A stretch of 64,000 nucleotides of DNA from Eledone cirrhosa (GCA_964016885.1 OZ024743.1:270568001-270632000), one strand, 5' to 3'; shown: positions 1 through 14,550, counted from the first letter of the stretch. Numbers and translations: made by a program. Notes: generated by a model from the letters alone, not told the origin.

Positions 1-105
1 GTGTTTGTGTGTACGTGTGTGTGTGTGTGTGTGTGTGTGTACACACACATACATACATACATACATTCATACATACATACATACATACATACATACATAC
101 ATACA

Positions 106-136
<31 letters not shown>

Positions 137-645
137 TACATACATAGAGAGTGACGAATAGAAAGAGCGAAAGAAAATGGGAGTGGATTTATAATTATAC
201 GTTAGTGTTATCTGTATACTGACCTTCAAGAAATAATATGTAAATTCTCTGAAATCACACTTTAAAGTTTAATGAAAAGGAAATATGCGACAATGTGCAA
301 TACAAAGAGACATGGCGGTCACATGATGGTCACCACTTGATGGTTAGTTCATGATGATCACAACAGAATGGTCACGATAGAATGGTCACGAAAAGTTGGC
401 CATATCTTTGATAATAGGTTTATTCATTTCGGACTGACATGGTCTAAACAACTTTGGTTCCGGATACTAAATAAGATAAGCTTTCACATATATAAGATAA
501 GTTGAAAAACCTCGACTAACCGAGATTGCACATTCTAGTAAATAAATATACATTCCTTTTATAGAGGTATAGAGGTTTAAATGCTGTAAACAACAAGCAA
601 ATTCTTGCATTAAATATTAACAAACTAGTATATATATATATATAT

Positions 646-2884
646 AAAATTATCAATCTAACTAGTGCAGAACCAACACCCAACCTTATCAACTTACTCT
701 CCAAAGGTCTTAAATTCACACCGACCCCACTACGTCCTAACTACTATGAAATGAAGGAAGACATCACATACTTCTGTAGAAAGTTACGACTCAGTGAAGA
801 ACTATTTGACCAGTACAATGAGGATGAATCATTAGCCAGAAATAGAAGCAATTACACCCCATCAAAAGGTAGAATAAAATCCTGGACGAATTCTGTGAAC
901 ACATCACAAACTTCCTTTACCAACACTTGCACAGACAAAAACACAAGCCAAACCTCAACAAGAAAGAATGGAAAGAATTAAATAGATTAAAACCGACAGA
1001 ACCATTACAATTAAAGGGAGTACAGTAGTCCTAATGGAGACAGAATTCTATATCAACTTAGCGCTCTCCACTTTGGAAAACCAAACATACTACGAAAAGG
1101 CTGAACACTACAATCAACAGAAAATTATGAGAAACCTAAAAACTCTGATCAACCAATACAAAGAAGGACTCACTAACAAGGAATTCAGCTTCATCACAGA
1201 CTTCACAAGTAAATCCAGCCTTTTCTACGGTATCCCTAAAGTACATAAAAGCGAATTAATAAGTAAGGCATGCAAGGAAGCCACAGACATAGTCATCAAT
1301 GTCCCCTCACCCAATGATCTCAAATTAAGATCTGTAATAGCAGGCCCCGCTTGCGAAACCCACCGCGTTAGCAACTTCATTGATACCCTTCTCAAGCCTT
1401 TTCTCAAACACATCAAAAGCTATATAAGGGACGACCTAGATATGCTCAACCACCTCCCTAATATGCCCCTTTCTGAACAAACCCTACTAGTGACGTTCGA
1501 TGTAGTCAACCTATACTCCAACATCCCCCACAACCTAGGAATAGAAGTTATCCAATTCTGGCTGGATAATTACCACAATGAACTCCCACAACGCATCAAA
1601 AAAGAATTCTTGATAGAGGGACTCAAATTTATCTTGTAGAACAATTACTTCGTTTTCAATAACAAACCCTACAGGCAGAAATCTGGGACCGCTATGGGAA
1701 CGAAAACAGCCCCCACTTATGCCAACCTAGTCATGGGATACCTGGAAATCACCTTCTACACTAAAGTACTAAACAAATTTGGAAACACTCTCCACTTACA
1801 CATAGAAAAGAACTGGAAGCGATATCTAGATGACTGCTTCATCCTTTGGCACGAAAACATCGAGAAACTTAAGGAATTTCACACCCTTATAAATGGGCTC
1901 AACACGAATATTAACTTCACGATGGAATACAGCCATCAAAAACTCCCCTTCCTCGACATCCTCATTAAGATCCATAACAAAAAAATAGAAACAGACATAT
2001 ACTACAAGCCCACAGACTCCAAGCAATATCTTCCTTTCAACTCTTGCCACCCTAGACACGTTAAAATTAATATTCCCTACAACTTAGCCAAGAGAATCTG
2101 TACTATAGTCTCCAATAAAAACATCTGCTACTTACGGCTACAAGAACTAAAGGACACACTCATAGGCAGGGACTACCCTGCATCACTAATTGACAATGGA
2201 ATCCAACGTGCCCTAAATCTCAGTACCCAGGACCTTAGACACCCTAAAGTAAATCAACCGAAACTAAAAGCTCTTCCATACATCTCAACATACAACCCCC
2301 TCAACAATGAGGCCTTTGACACCATCCTCCAGAACATCCCTGTGTTGAAAAAGGACCATAGAATGAACAAAATCCTACGAACACAAGATACCATAAAGAG
2401 CAAAAGACAATCTAAGTCCATGAAAAACATCCTAACACATGCCAAAGTACTGCCAACCACAACAACGAAACCCACAGTAAAAAAATGCGATAGACCCAAC
2501 TGTGGCATATGCATCAACCTAATAGAGGGTTCGGAATTCTATTTCAAAGAAGGAAAACGTTTTATAGTAAAACACAATTTCACATGCGCATCAGAAAATC
2601 TAATATATGTATTAACTTGCTCAGGTTGTCGAGAACAATACATAGGCCAGACCAAAAACAGCCTCCGCCAACGCATGACTGTCCATAGATCCCAAATTAA
2701 AATACGGGAATATAGGACAATACCACTGAGTGAACACATTGATACCTGTGCCGCCCAAAATCATCCCAACCTCAGAATCTTTCCCCTCTACAAATTTAAA
2801 GATAATGCCACCCACACCCAGCGCATCAGCAAGGCATCTCACTTTATTAACAAATACGGACCCCGTCTAAACATTTCTCTCTAA
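646..2884 (+). pseudogene. Penelope-like element (Neptune-type) ORF: reverse transcriptase + Cys linker + GIY-YIG endonuclease, disabled
   Basis: Motifs LSKGLKFTPTP, FYGIPKVHK, FDVVNLYSNIP, GTAMGT, RYLDD, LPFLDI, SCHP, CDRPNCGIC linker, NLIYVLTCSGC..QYIGQT..RM..HR. Frameshifts at about 870-1020. One in-frame TAG at 1637-1639; frame continues into ORF 1694-2884. Confidence 0.93.
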
Positions 2885-3341
2885 GAAGAACCCACAACAT
2901 ACACACGTCAACATACATACCTACATCAGCATACATCTCTATCCACATATAAACACAATGACATACGTAAACACACATGTTCTATGGTGCAATACAAATA
3001 TACACAAATTTGCATACCTTTTGATGTCTATAGATATAAACGTGCCGACACACACACATACATATACGCACACATGCATTGCACACTGATGGGCATATAC
3101 ATATTTGTACACAAGTATTCCATACGGCAAAGCCTAATGGATTCCCCTTGCAGTACGTACAATCTGGACACTCACACACCTTCGTATTATGCCAATACTA
3201 TATATCATTTCACACCTTTTATTATTAAGGTTTTTGATGTTCTATTGAGAGAATCGTTTTTACTGAAAATATCGAATAATGTACACCATTTTTACCAGTA
3301 TCACAAAAATACTGGTCCACCCACACACACACACACATTCT

Positions 3342-3389
<48 letters not shown>

Positions 3390-3415
3390 TACACACGCGT
3401 ACATTAACATACAAA

Positions 3416-3504
<89 letters not shown>

Positions 3505-3977
3505 CTCCGTATAAGACAAGAGCTGAAAAAATCTTTTAACATGTTAAAATATCCCCCACACACGTACAGACACATTCCTACTGACCATCCCTCTACCACG
3601 AATTACTCTGCTACACACACACACACACTTGTCTTAATAGGCATTTGAACTGTCAACAGGCTGCGGTTCGCACACACATCCCTGCTGACCATTATCACAA
3701 TAACGAACCTCTTTACTACTACTACACACACACACACACACACATATTTGTCTTGAAAGACTTATTTTTCAGTGACTTCGCAACCAGCCGAGACAAACCT
3801 ACATTTGGCGCAAAATCAATTTTTAACATTCACATGACCTCTACCGACCAATCAAAATTGTTTTGACCACAAGAATTTTTTCATACATCTGGAACCACAT
3901 TTTTTACATAAAACAGGTAGAATCTCCAAAACTAATCAGATTAGAACAAACATCAAGGGCGCTCTATCTCAAAATTA

Positions 3978-4013
3978 TTTTTGAAAAGCATTAGAAATGC
4001 GCAACCGGTAAAA
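3978..4013 (+). ncRNA. Minimal HHR-like motif, variant core (second copy 55761-55796)
   Basis: UUGAAAA-GCAU(uagaa)AUGC-GCAA-CCGG-UA. U3-A8 core, GAAA changed to GCAA in both copies, palindromic stem III ACCGGU. Confidence 0.5.
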
Positions 4014-4157
4014 CTTAAAACCAAAACTGAATACTAACCAATACTATTACTAATTTTTACTTATTCCTAATTAAACTATTTTTCACTGGGAACAATTTGT
4101 CAGCATTTTCTTTTCCTTTTACCAATATATCATAACTCGTGTGTTACACCTCTATTC

Positions 4158-4222
<65 letters not shown>

Positions 4223-4292
4223 CTGTGTGTGTGGTGTGTGTGGGAAAGAGAGAGAGAGCGAGTGTGTGTGTGTGTGTGTGTGGTGTGTGTGT

Positions 4293-4382
<90 letters not shown>

Positions 4383-4399
4383 GGGTTCAATCGGGGGTA

Positions 4400-4508
4400 A
4401 ATATTTAATATAGAAATGGCTTCTACAGGACTAGAACTATTTCATTGATGATTATTTCCTTCGAATGAAACTGTTCTAGTCCTGTAAAAGACATTTCTAT
4501 ATTAAATA
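4400..4508. mobile_element. Fold-back remnant of HHR family A pLTR
   Basis: Inverted arms atttaatatagaaatggcttctacaggactagaac / gttctagtcctgtaaaagacatttctatattaaat. Same family at 8093-8240, 14047-14220, 31225-31760, 32538-32590 and 50936-51025. Confidence 0.7.
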
Positions 4509-4862
4509 TATCTGAGGTATAAATAAATGATTTTTAATGCGATGAAATATCAATGATGGTTGGCAAATCATTGACGAAGGACTATTTTTATCATATGTAA
4601 CCCATGTGCAACCACGCAGTATTCTTCTTTCTTCTCATGTTTATATATATATATATATATGAAAACAGGGAGAAAGAGACGATTATGAGGAAGAAAAAAA
4701 TATTTTTGTCCTTTTTTTGTCTCTCTCTCTCACTTTTTTCTGAGTTAGAAAATGATTAAACCGAAATGTTTTACTTTGTGTGAAGTGTTAAGGTATTAGT
4801 TGGTTTATTTACCTGTTTTCCTATATATATATCCTAACTCGTGTGCCTCCTCTCCACATTTT

Positions 4863-4921
<59 letters not shown>

Positions 4922-4932
4922 ATGCTTTGGGA

Positions 4933-5018
<86 letters not shown>

Positions 5019-5020
<2 letters not shown>

Positions 5021-5561
5021 CTTCTCCACGCACTGGGAGATTGTCGACAGGGCTGCACCGTACAACTTCAAGAGGAAATGCGATCTTTGCCTCATGGAGC
5101 TCTACCACATCATAACTGCACCCCACGAGCTCATCAACAGCAGAGCTGAAACAGCGATAAGTTGTACACATCGCTTAAAAATATCCTTCTTTAGATGGGT
5201 TAAGAATGGAGAGTGAAATAACACACTGGATCTCCCTGCAACAAGTCTTAACACCCCGGCGGGCAGGCGCAGCAAAATAACACCCAGAAAACGATCCCTG
5301 CATACCAAAAATTATCCGGGAAAGACTGCCCTAACACCGGCCAAAGTTACCTCCCTTGACCTGCTACAAAATCAAAACAAGATATTTTTGCGAACAATGA
5401 ATCTTGATGTCGATTTAACCCCCAAATCTCTTTCCAAACTATATAAGGAACACTTGTGACCGTTTATGCCCTTGAGAAGCCCAACTGGGCGAAACGTACG
5501 TAGGTGATATTTTCAATAAACATGTTTTAACGGTCTATTCTCCGATTTTTCACTTTCCCAC

Positions 5562-5565
<4 letters not shown>
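5019..5565 (+). mobile_element. 5'-truncated Naiad-type Penelope 3' end with HHR (5465-5509)
   Basis: [28 protein letters not shown] (GIY-YIG C-terminus). Then UUGAGAA-GCCCA(ac)UGGGC-GAAA-CGUACG-UA and AATAAA at 5515. (TA)n on both sides. Confidence 0.8.
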
Positions 5566-5613
<48 letters not shown>

Positions 5614-5616
<3 letters not shown>

Positions 5617-6023
5617 ATATAGAGGGGAAAGACACAGAAGAGTGTGTTTTTCTTTACAGGAATTTCAAACCACCAGCCTGAAGAGAATATATGTTAATAG
5701 AGGCATAGGATAAACATTAAAATTAAAAGTATAAATTAAAATGAGAAACCAACATCATACCTAAGTTACACATGTACAGACTCACCAGGAGAATGTTTCG
5801 CCATTTAAGTGGATTCCAATTCGGTCCTGTGGGTCATCAGAACGTGGAAGGCCGATATTGTCCGCACTACTAGAGAGAACTAAAGTAAACTACCTTTCGC
5901 ACGTGTAGACATAAGGGATGCGCTCTCTCAGCTGTTGAGCACCAGAAATTGTATAGTATAGGCTGCTATCTCTAGCAGCTTGTTCTGTTCATGCCACCGG
6001 TTACTGCCTCGCGCACACATTTC

Positions 6024-6028
<5 letters not shown>
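5614..6028 (-). mobile_element. Short HHR element, family F (HHR 5769-5846); second copy 59398-59868 (HHR 59548-59625)
   Basis: Minus strand: CACGU(U/G)-CUGAUGA-CCCA..UGGC-GAAA-CA..CUC..GAG..UG-UA-CAUGUG. Segment 5920-6028 is inverted relative to the 59.7-kb copy. Confidence 0.7.
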
Positions 6029-6117
<89 letters not shown>

Positions 6118-6379
6118 TGTCCAAGTATCGGCCGCTCTTGGACAGGTTTGTGGTTGAGTCTGTAGCAGTGGAGACTTCCGACGTTCTTGGCACCCAGACC
6201 ACATCCCTACCTACTGCTATCGGAGCGGAGTTGGCTGCCCCCAGGTGCGAGCCCCGAGAAGTGGAGTGGCTGTTTCAGTGCGTCTCCCTCACCGTCCTCC
6301 GGGGCAATGTATTCTGCATCCTATTGGCGGGGACCTAGAGGTGGAGTGTAAGTTAGTTGGTAGTGGAGGATACTCGTGA

Positions 6380-6620
6380 GGACGTCACCTTCACTCATAT
6401 TCTAAAAACAAAGAATTTAATTTTCCATTCTCCACTTTCTCTTCCCACCTGTCTCTACAAGAGAGACCTGACAGACACTCTCCAGCCTCTGGCAGATATG
6501 TGTACCACTACTATAATCGCATCTATTTCAGAGCTGGCTGACCACATTCCACTTTCATCTAGGCGTTCCTGCCACATTTGTGTCTCCTCCTCTCATCATA
6601 TATATTGTGTCCAGCAATAA
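6380..6620 (+). mobile_element. Degenerate Penelope-like linker/GIY-YIG fragment
   Basis: PTCLYKRDLTDTL and CVSSSHHIYCVQ resemble the P..AYRR.KNL.D.L and C.S.NVIYCI motifs. Weak match. Confidence 0.35.
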
Positions 6621-6804
6621 CCACTACACACGCTCCTTCCTCACAGAATGTTACCCCTCTAGAAACTGTTCCCTGCATATATCCTTCATTCAGAATTCAA
6701 CTTAAAACGATTTAAACCAAATAGCAACAGCTTCAGTCACATCAATCTCAGAACACATCAAAGGTCGTATCCACAGACCAGTCGTCCGAACCAAGCAAAT
6801 AATA

Positions 6805-7225
6805 ATTATAATGGTTTCTGATTTAGGCATAAGACAAAAAGGGGAGCAAAGTCGATTAAATCGACGGGAGTTCGTTGCTGTTGTCGACTCTGTAAGGATG
6901 AAAGGCCATGCTAATATCGGCAGAATTTGAACTCGGAACGTAAAGGGGCGTAACTCTATGGCATAAAGCATTTTGTCTGATGCCCTACCGATACTACCAA
7001 ACCATTATAATAATGGTTTCTGATTTAGACACAAGGCCAATCATTTTCGGGGGAAGGGGCAAGTCTATTAAATCGACGCCAGTGCGTTACTGGTACTTTA
7101 TTCTATCGACTCCGTAATGATAAAAGGCAATGCTAACATCGGCAGGATTTAAACTCAGAACGTAATGGGATGTAACTCTATACCATAAAGCATGTTCTCC
7201 GATGCCCTACCGACACTGCTAATCC
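6805..7225 (-). mobile_element. Two adjacent diverged tRNA-derived SINE copies
   Basis: Reverse complement of the SINE at 26373 (ggatgaaaggc, atttgaactcggaacgtaaag, cgtaactctat). Confidence 0.7.
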
Positions 7226-7999
7226 ATAACAATAACAAAATATATAAAACACCACTACCCACTAACACCCCAACACCCCAACACATAACGATCCATATAC
7301 CCACCACCACCACCACCACTACCATTACCACCATACCACATCCACTGTCACCATTCTATCACCCAACACTACACAAACACATTAGCACCACTACCAATAC
7401 TACAAAAACATCGACAGAATCAAATTCATCATACAATTTCGGTCATACATATTTTGTTCTTTTCCATTTTTAATGAAATAACTTGTAATGTACATTAACC
7501 TGTTTCGCCATCTCCAAATTTCTCCTTATGGTGAGCAGTACATATAACAACCTTCACGTGGGTTTGAATAACAACTGAAAAAAATGTTTCAAACAAAGAG
7601 AGGAGTGGATGAGAAGGGGGACGAGATAAAAAAGTGAACATTCATTCTCTCTCCTATATCCTTTCTATCCTTTCTCTTTCTTATTTCTAACTCTCTCCCT
7701 TACTTTTCTCTCTCTAATTTCTTTCCCTCTGTCTGATGATACTCTGAATACTCAGGTAAATTCAAAATGGTTGACACACACTCGTTATCTCCCTTTAAAC
7801 AAATTTCCGTTTTCCTTTTCTTAGATTTTTCCGTCCTTCCATTTCTTCTATCTTTCATCCTACCGTCTAATGAGCGACTAACGCCCGGAACGTTAAATGT
7901 ATTTTCCTAAGACATCAAGCGTTAAACTAATATATATCATCATTGTACTGTATTGTTCTCCTGTGTTGTTGACATACACATACACGCATACACACACAG

Positions 8000-8030
<31 letters not shown>

Positions 8031-8054
8031 CACACACATTATATACGGATACAT

Positions 8055-8098
<44 letters not shown>

Positions 8099-8102
8099 AA
8101 TG

Positions 8103-8152
8103 GGCTTCCTGATGATTTCTCCGAATTAAACAGTTCTAGTCCTGTAAAAGCC
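8103..8152 (+). ncRNA. Type I HHR, family A, mutated (GAAA to UAAA)
   Basis: GGCUUC-CUGAUGA-UUUCuccGAAU-UAAA-CAG..CUG-UA-aAAGCC. Confidence 0.6.
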
Positions 8153-8560
8153 ATTTCTATATTAAATATTTATACTCTGCTATATATTGAGTACCTTACT
8201 TACTGTGGTCACCCCCGATTGAACCTGGGCTAAACTTATATATTATTTTATTATTTGTTTGACCCGAATAGCTTGGTCGTTTCTATGGCTTTGCGAATAA
8301 TGGTTTAACCATCGTCTCAGTGTGTTTGGCCTTTTAACGTATGTTGTTGCTCTAGTTCGCTAGTTTCTATGGAGCGCTTGCCACACATCTCGGAAGTTGT
8401 TTTTCGCTAATTTCCAATAGCCGAAATGCGATTCTCGCTAATTTATATTTATGTATATATATATATAGTCCTTCGTCAGTGATTTGGCAAATCACTGATG
8501 AAGGACTATTTTTATCATATGTAACCCATGTGCAACCACGCAGTATTCTTCTTTCTTCTC

Positions 8561-8644
<84 letters not shown>

Positions 8645-9327
8645 CACATATACATACACATACACATGCAGGCAAGGATGCATCCATACATACATATATA
8701 GCGTAAATCTATAATGGCTGTCGACCTCATATACCTCATCTTTCTAATGATAATGACGAAACCAATATCGTAAAACGATAAGGCGAAACAATACCAAAAT
8801 TCCCACAAACAGACAAAACTTCAACACAGAACGCAATCGGTATGGACGACCATAGAAAATTACAACTATTTCTGCCTCTACTAGTCTTTGCGTGCGCCCT
8901 CGCGAGTGAGGACAGTTAACAGAAGCAGTGGTAATTCATAGTCGTTGAGGTACACGGTAACCCGATTACCACAACAAAAGGTCTGTCGTTGATGTGTGGT
9001 CCCGAGATGTCCTACCTTTTTTTCTGTGGTGGAAAATATAACAAAATGCAATGCGAATACTACCAACACTTCAAATCATATAATGATGAACATTGTGCAA
9101 CAGTGAAATACTCTAAGTGTTAAAAGTTATTAAAGCAGGAACGAGCAACATAAACAAAGCAAGGTTGTCAGAGAATCGAGGCACCGCAAAAACAAGTAAA
9201 ACAAAGGAAATGACAAAAGATTACATTTATATATTACATTTCAATATTTCGGTGTTAAGATACTCTTATGAAGAAAATATAGGGTTTAGTACCGACATGC
9301 TTGCTTAGAGTGTATATGCATATATAA

Positions 9328-9455
<128 letters not shown>

Positions 9456-9660
9456 GCGTGTGCGTGTGCGTGTGCGTGTGTTTGTGTGTTTGTGTGTGTG
9501 TGTGTGTGCATGTGTGTATGCGTGTACGTATATATATATATATATATATGTATATACCATTGCTTATGTGCCTTTCCAGGGGTCCAGGGCACTTGGTACA
9601 CACAAGTCAGCCAAATAATACCTTCTCTATTTAAAGCTTTTAACATCTCTGACTGAATTT

Positions 9661-10440
9661 CTTATTCTCCAGCGGCATTGACACATTTGAGTTTTTTGAT
9701 TACTCTTGTCATCTCAGTCTCCGAGAGATAAGTCATCACTTCCTGGTGAAACTCGTGTACGTCAAAAGATGCTGTTGTGATCGGGCTTAGGAGATCAGCA
9801 AAGTATGCTCTCCATTTCGCGAGGATGCACTTTTCTGAAGAGAGGAGTACCCCACACGCATTCCTGATAGCAGTTGTGAAAGAGGACTTCTTATTACGAA
9901 AAGGCATATGACCGCATTCTACGGGACCTGCTGTGGAAGGTTCTGCTGGAGTATGGGTTCGAATTTCAGCTTCTTGTTGCTCTGATGTCTCTATAAGACT
10001 GAAATATTTGTGTTCGGAAAATAGGCTGAATCGAAACCATTCAATGTGGGAATCGGACTCCGCCAAGGGTGCGTATTGTCACCGCTCCCGTTCATTATTT
10101 TCATGAAGAGAATTGTCGTGTGCGGCCGGATTGGAAGTGGTATCATGACTGGCAAGTGTAGAATCAGTCGGTTGGAATTTTCAGATGACATGGTATTATC
10201 TAATTCGACAGAAGGTGATCTCCAAGTTGCACTTGATAGGTTTGATGCCGGGTACTAAATGGCTGGAATGAAAATCAGTACTGTGAAAACTAAGACACTC
10301 GTCCTCTCAAGGAAGCTCGTGTACTCTACATGTGAAGGGAGTTCCACTGAAGCAGGTGGAGAAGTTCAAGTAACTTAGGGCTGTGTTCACGAGTGAGGGA
10401 AGTTCAGAAGGCTGAATTAAATGCAAGAATTGGATAGGTC
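9661..10440. mobile_element. RTE-type LINE fragment with 5' inversion
   Basis: Plus strand 9985-10440: GLRQGCVLSPLPF, LEFSDDMVL, GMKIST.KT (RT). Minus strand 9661-9910: ILAKWRAYFADLL..IKKLK..AAGE (region preceding RT). Confidence 0.8.
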
Positions 10441-10661
10441 TGTGTGAAAGAAGATAGTGATAAAGGGTAGTACATGGCATAGCCATAGCATTTTAACTGG
10501 TCTGTGGGAGGCAGGTGATGAATGTGAAGGTTGGTGTATAGGGGGTTAGTGAAAGTAATGGGTGAATTCCACCCTTTCTTAATTATCCCTTCTCATATAA
10601 ATCCCCCTCCTCCACCTCAAGTCTTCCTTATTTATACTGTGTCTGCTACTGAAACGTTAGT

Positions 10662-10711
10662 TCTTGTCTGATGACCCTGTCATAAGCAGGCGAAACTCCA
10701 GAGTAACAAGA
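10662..10711 (+). ncRNA. Type I HHR, family C, intact core
   Basis: UCUUGU-CUGAUGA-cCCUG(ucauaag)CAGGc-GAAA-CUC(ca)GAG-UA-ACAAGA. Perfect 6-bp stem I. Relatives at 22220-22264 and a degenerate one at about 7730-7775. Confidence 0.85.
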
Positions 10712-10789
10712 CCCACTATTTAGCCTTAATAACAATTAATATTAGAACTCTACTTCGGTATTGAGTACTCTTTTCTCTCAACCGTCAAC

Positions 10790-10824
<35 letters not shown>

Positions 10825-10940
10825 CAATTATAAGTGTGAAGAGCAAATAGACAATTTATGTGTGTGTGTGTGTATAAGCATACAAACATACATACATACA
10901 TACATTCATACATACATACATACATACATTCATACATTCA

Positions 10941-10974
<34 letters not shown>

Positions 10975-11181
10975 CATACATACATACGCAGTCATACACA
11001 CACACATTCAAACATCCATCCATACATATATATATATACATACATACATCCATACATACATATACATATATATATATACATACAAACATATACACAACAT
11101 ATACATACATACGTACATACATATATAAATACATAAATACATACATACATACATACATACATACATACATACATACATACA

Positions 11182-11212
<31 letters not shown>

Positions 11213-11479
11213 TTACGTACATACACACATGCAGATATAGACGTAGATATACAGTGTACCAGTGAAAACATACGGAACCTATCTGTGGTCAGTCACTGAA
11301 CATTGGCGATAGATGGCGCAACAGAGCGTGAAAAGAATGGCCGTCCATCATTTTGGCGGGAAAACCGGCGCTGCCACCCCCTCTCCCCCCTTTCCACCAT
11401 CCATTGCTCCAACATCAATCAAGACTCTTTTCCGCCCACCATTATCACAAGCCCCATCCACCCGCACTCCCTCTCCATT

Positions 11480-12717
11480 CCTTTATACTATTCCACTACC
11501 ATCCACACCATCAACACCACCGCCACACACATCACCATCACCACTACCTTCACACCCATCACCATCACCACCACCACCGTCACAACACCCCCTCACCACA
11601 ACCACGACTGCACACCCTCCACCACCGCCACAACCACCACTGCACCCATCACCACTACCACAACATCCACCATCACCATCAATGCTACCACCACGGCCAT
11701 CACCACCACCATCACCACCTCACTCATCACTACTACCCTGGCCACCACCACCGCATCCATCACTACTCTCACCACCACAACCACCACTACCACATACATA
11801 CATCACCATGAATACCACTACTATCACCACCATCACCAACTCAGCCACCATCACCATTAAACCGATCACCACCACCACCACCATCATTGATAACTCAACC
11901 ACCATCTTTACCATACCACTACCTCCGGTGTCATATTTACCACCATCACTACTACCTTATTCACTAAACTATTACCTCTGATACGACTGTCACCACCACC
12001 ACCGCTGACACCAATACTACCACTAACACCATCACCACCACTACCACCATTACCACCACTAACACTATCACCACCACTGACACCAATACCACCACTCCCA
12101 CCATTACCACCACTACCACACCATCACCACCAGTACCACCGCTGACACCAATACCACCACTAACACCATCACCACCACTAACAACATCACCACCACTACC
12201 ATCATTACCACCACTACCACCATCACCACCACTAACACCATCACGACCACTGACTCCATCACCACCACTAACACCATCACCACCACTACCACCATCACCA
12301 CCACTGCTACCATTACCACCACTGACACCATCACCACCACTACCAACATTACCACCACTAACACCAACACCACCACCAGCATTATCACCAAAACCACCAT
12401 ATATACTACAGCAATAACAACACCACCATATATACTACAGCAATAACAACACCACCACCAATAACAACACGGGCACCACCACTATAACCACCACCACCAC
12501 CACCACCACCACCTCACAACCACCACCACCACCACCGCCACCTCACAACCACCATATCTAATACACCAATAATCTCACCACACCCATCATTCACACCATT
12601 TTTACATTCGCCATCTCTCATACTGCAACCTATACTACCGTTAAAACACTACAAGGATGATAGTGTGCATAGGTCTTATTGGTGGTGGTGGTGGTGGTGA
12701 TGGTGGTGGTGGTAGTG

Positions 12718-12758
<41 letters not shown>

Positions 12759-12846
12759 GGTGGTGGTGGTGGTGGTGGTGGTGGTGGTGGTGGTGGTGGT
12801 GGTGGTGGTAGAAGTAGTAGTAGTAGTAGTGGTGGTGGTGGTAGTA

Positions 12847-12893
<47 letters not shown>

Positions 12894-13029
12894 GGTGGTG
12901 GTGGTGGTGGTGGTGGTAGTAGTAATAGTAGTAGTAGTGGTGGTGGTGGTGGTACAGTATCAGTAGTAGTAGTAGTGGAGGTGGTGGTGGTATAGTAGTA
13001 GTGGTGGTGGTTGTGGTGGTAGTAGTTGA

Positions 13030-13062
<33 letters not shown>

Positions 13063-13225
13063 GGTGGTAGTAATAGTAGTAGTAGTATTAGTAGTAGTAG
13101 TAGTAGTGGTGGTGGTGGTGGTGGTGGTGGTGGTGGTAGTAGTAGAAGTAGTAGTGGTGGTGGTAGTGGTGGTGGTGGTCGTCGTCGTAGTAGTAGTAGT
13201 CGTAGCAGTAGTAGTAACAGCAGCA
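11480..13225. repeat. Degenerate (CAC/CAT)n then (GGT/AGT)n trinucleotide fields
   Basis: Read directly. Similar fields at 15740-16180, 38484-39010 and 50190-50940. Confidence 0.9.
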
Positions 13226-13393
13226 GAAAATGTTGGAAATCTTAAACGTAGAAAATAACTGTAAACACAATCGATTGCTATAAATAATAGCTTGCAAAAT
13301 CAGGTAAAATACTCACTACAAGGCGGAAAAAAGTGGCCGCTACAGGGATTCGAACTCTCTCTATACATCTCAAATTCCGGCTATATATATATA

Positions 13394-13595
13394 GCGATGA
13401 ACTGGACTCCGCCTGGCGGTAAACGGCGGCGGGGTTACCCAAGGATCACCTGGAGACGAACGTTCCGGACGGATCTGATGGCAGCCAACATCACCTGGCA
13501 CGGTCTCGAAAAAGTTGCTGCTGATCGTCACCGTTGGGGAGTACCTACTGCTCGATGCGCCACGGCGCGGAAGAATCTAAGACTAAGACTAAGAT
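13394..13595 (+). mobile_element. RTE-type LINE 3' end with (CTAAGA)3 tail
   Basis: MNWTPPGGKRRRGYPRITWRRT..DL..W..A.DR.RW followed by ctaagactaagactaaga. Confidence 0.8.
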
Positions 13596-13990
13596 ATATA
13601 TATATATAATTACCAGAAACGAAGCAGGCTGCGTGGTTACTGTAAGCAAAGTGTAAGACGGTAATATGGACAAAACAAGCAAAGTGAGTGTAGAGAATGA
13701 CCAAGTTATACATAAAATATAATTCTAATTCTACATATGTTTCAATGTAGAGCGGCGGGCCATACCCCGATATATACGAGTTATATGTTCCTCGCTCTAC
13801 ATACATTCAGGAAGTTAGATATAGTTTGTATTATATACAAGAGATTAGCTCCATACCATAGACGAGGTTCATACCATACCATAGACGAGGTTCATACCAT
13901 ACCAATTACTGCTGTATCAAGGGAAATGGATAGCACCGAGCTAGCTTCTCTCATCTTTACCAGGATCTATATTGGAAAACCCCGATATTA

Positions 13991-14027
<37 letters not shown>

Positions 14028-14046
14028 TATATATATATATAAGATA

Positions 14047-14220
14047 AGTTTATCCAGAGTTCAATCAGGGGTAACGACAGTAAGTAACTCAATACATAGC
14101 AGAGTATAAATATTTAATATAGAAATGACTAGAACTGTTTCATTCGGGAGAAATCATCAGGGCTTCCTGGTGATTTATCTCGAATGAAACAGTTCTAGTC
14201 CTGTAGAAGCCATTTCTATA
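14047..14220. mobile_element. Family A fold-back with back-to-back HHRs (plus-strand copy 14161-14211)
   Basis: Inverted repeat 14129-14198. Plus HHR has stem I GGCUUC/GAAGCC and mutated core CUGGUGA. Confidence 0.75.
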
Positions 14221-14221
14221 T

Positions 14222-14361
<140 letters not shown>

Positions 14362-14550
14362 CGTGTGTGTGTGCGTGTATGTGTGTGTATTTCGTATATA
14401 TATAGTACCAAACCAAGGATTCTTGTAATCGGAACAAAGATTCAATCCAATTTGAATAAAAATGGTGATGATCAGTCAGCGCCGGAGTGTTCAATAAGTT
14501 GATTTGTTTCGAGGAGTAAAGAATCTGGCGTTTCCCACTTTATTCTTCAT

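Larger units (their letters stand above)
646..4160 (+). mobile_element. Penelope-like retroelement incl. CA-rich 3' UTR and terminal pLTR, between (TA)n tracts
   Basis: The ORF above plus a 3' terminal segment 3948-4127 that recurs alone at 55731-55910 and holds an HHR-like motif. Flanked by TA runs at 630-645 and 4164-4208. Confidence 0.75.

Noticed and set aside
8465-8565. HHR in the palindrome containing CTGATGAAGGA (also about 4560-4640)
   Set aside because: No downstream GAAA or stem II; at most a remnant.
8700-9070. CpG-containing unique stretch as a possible exon or promoter
   Set aside because: No convincing ORF or splice pair; cannot be supported without RNA data.
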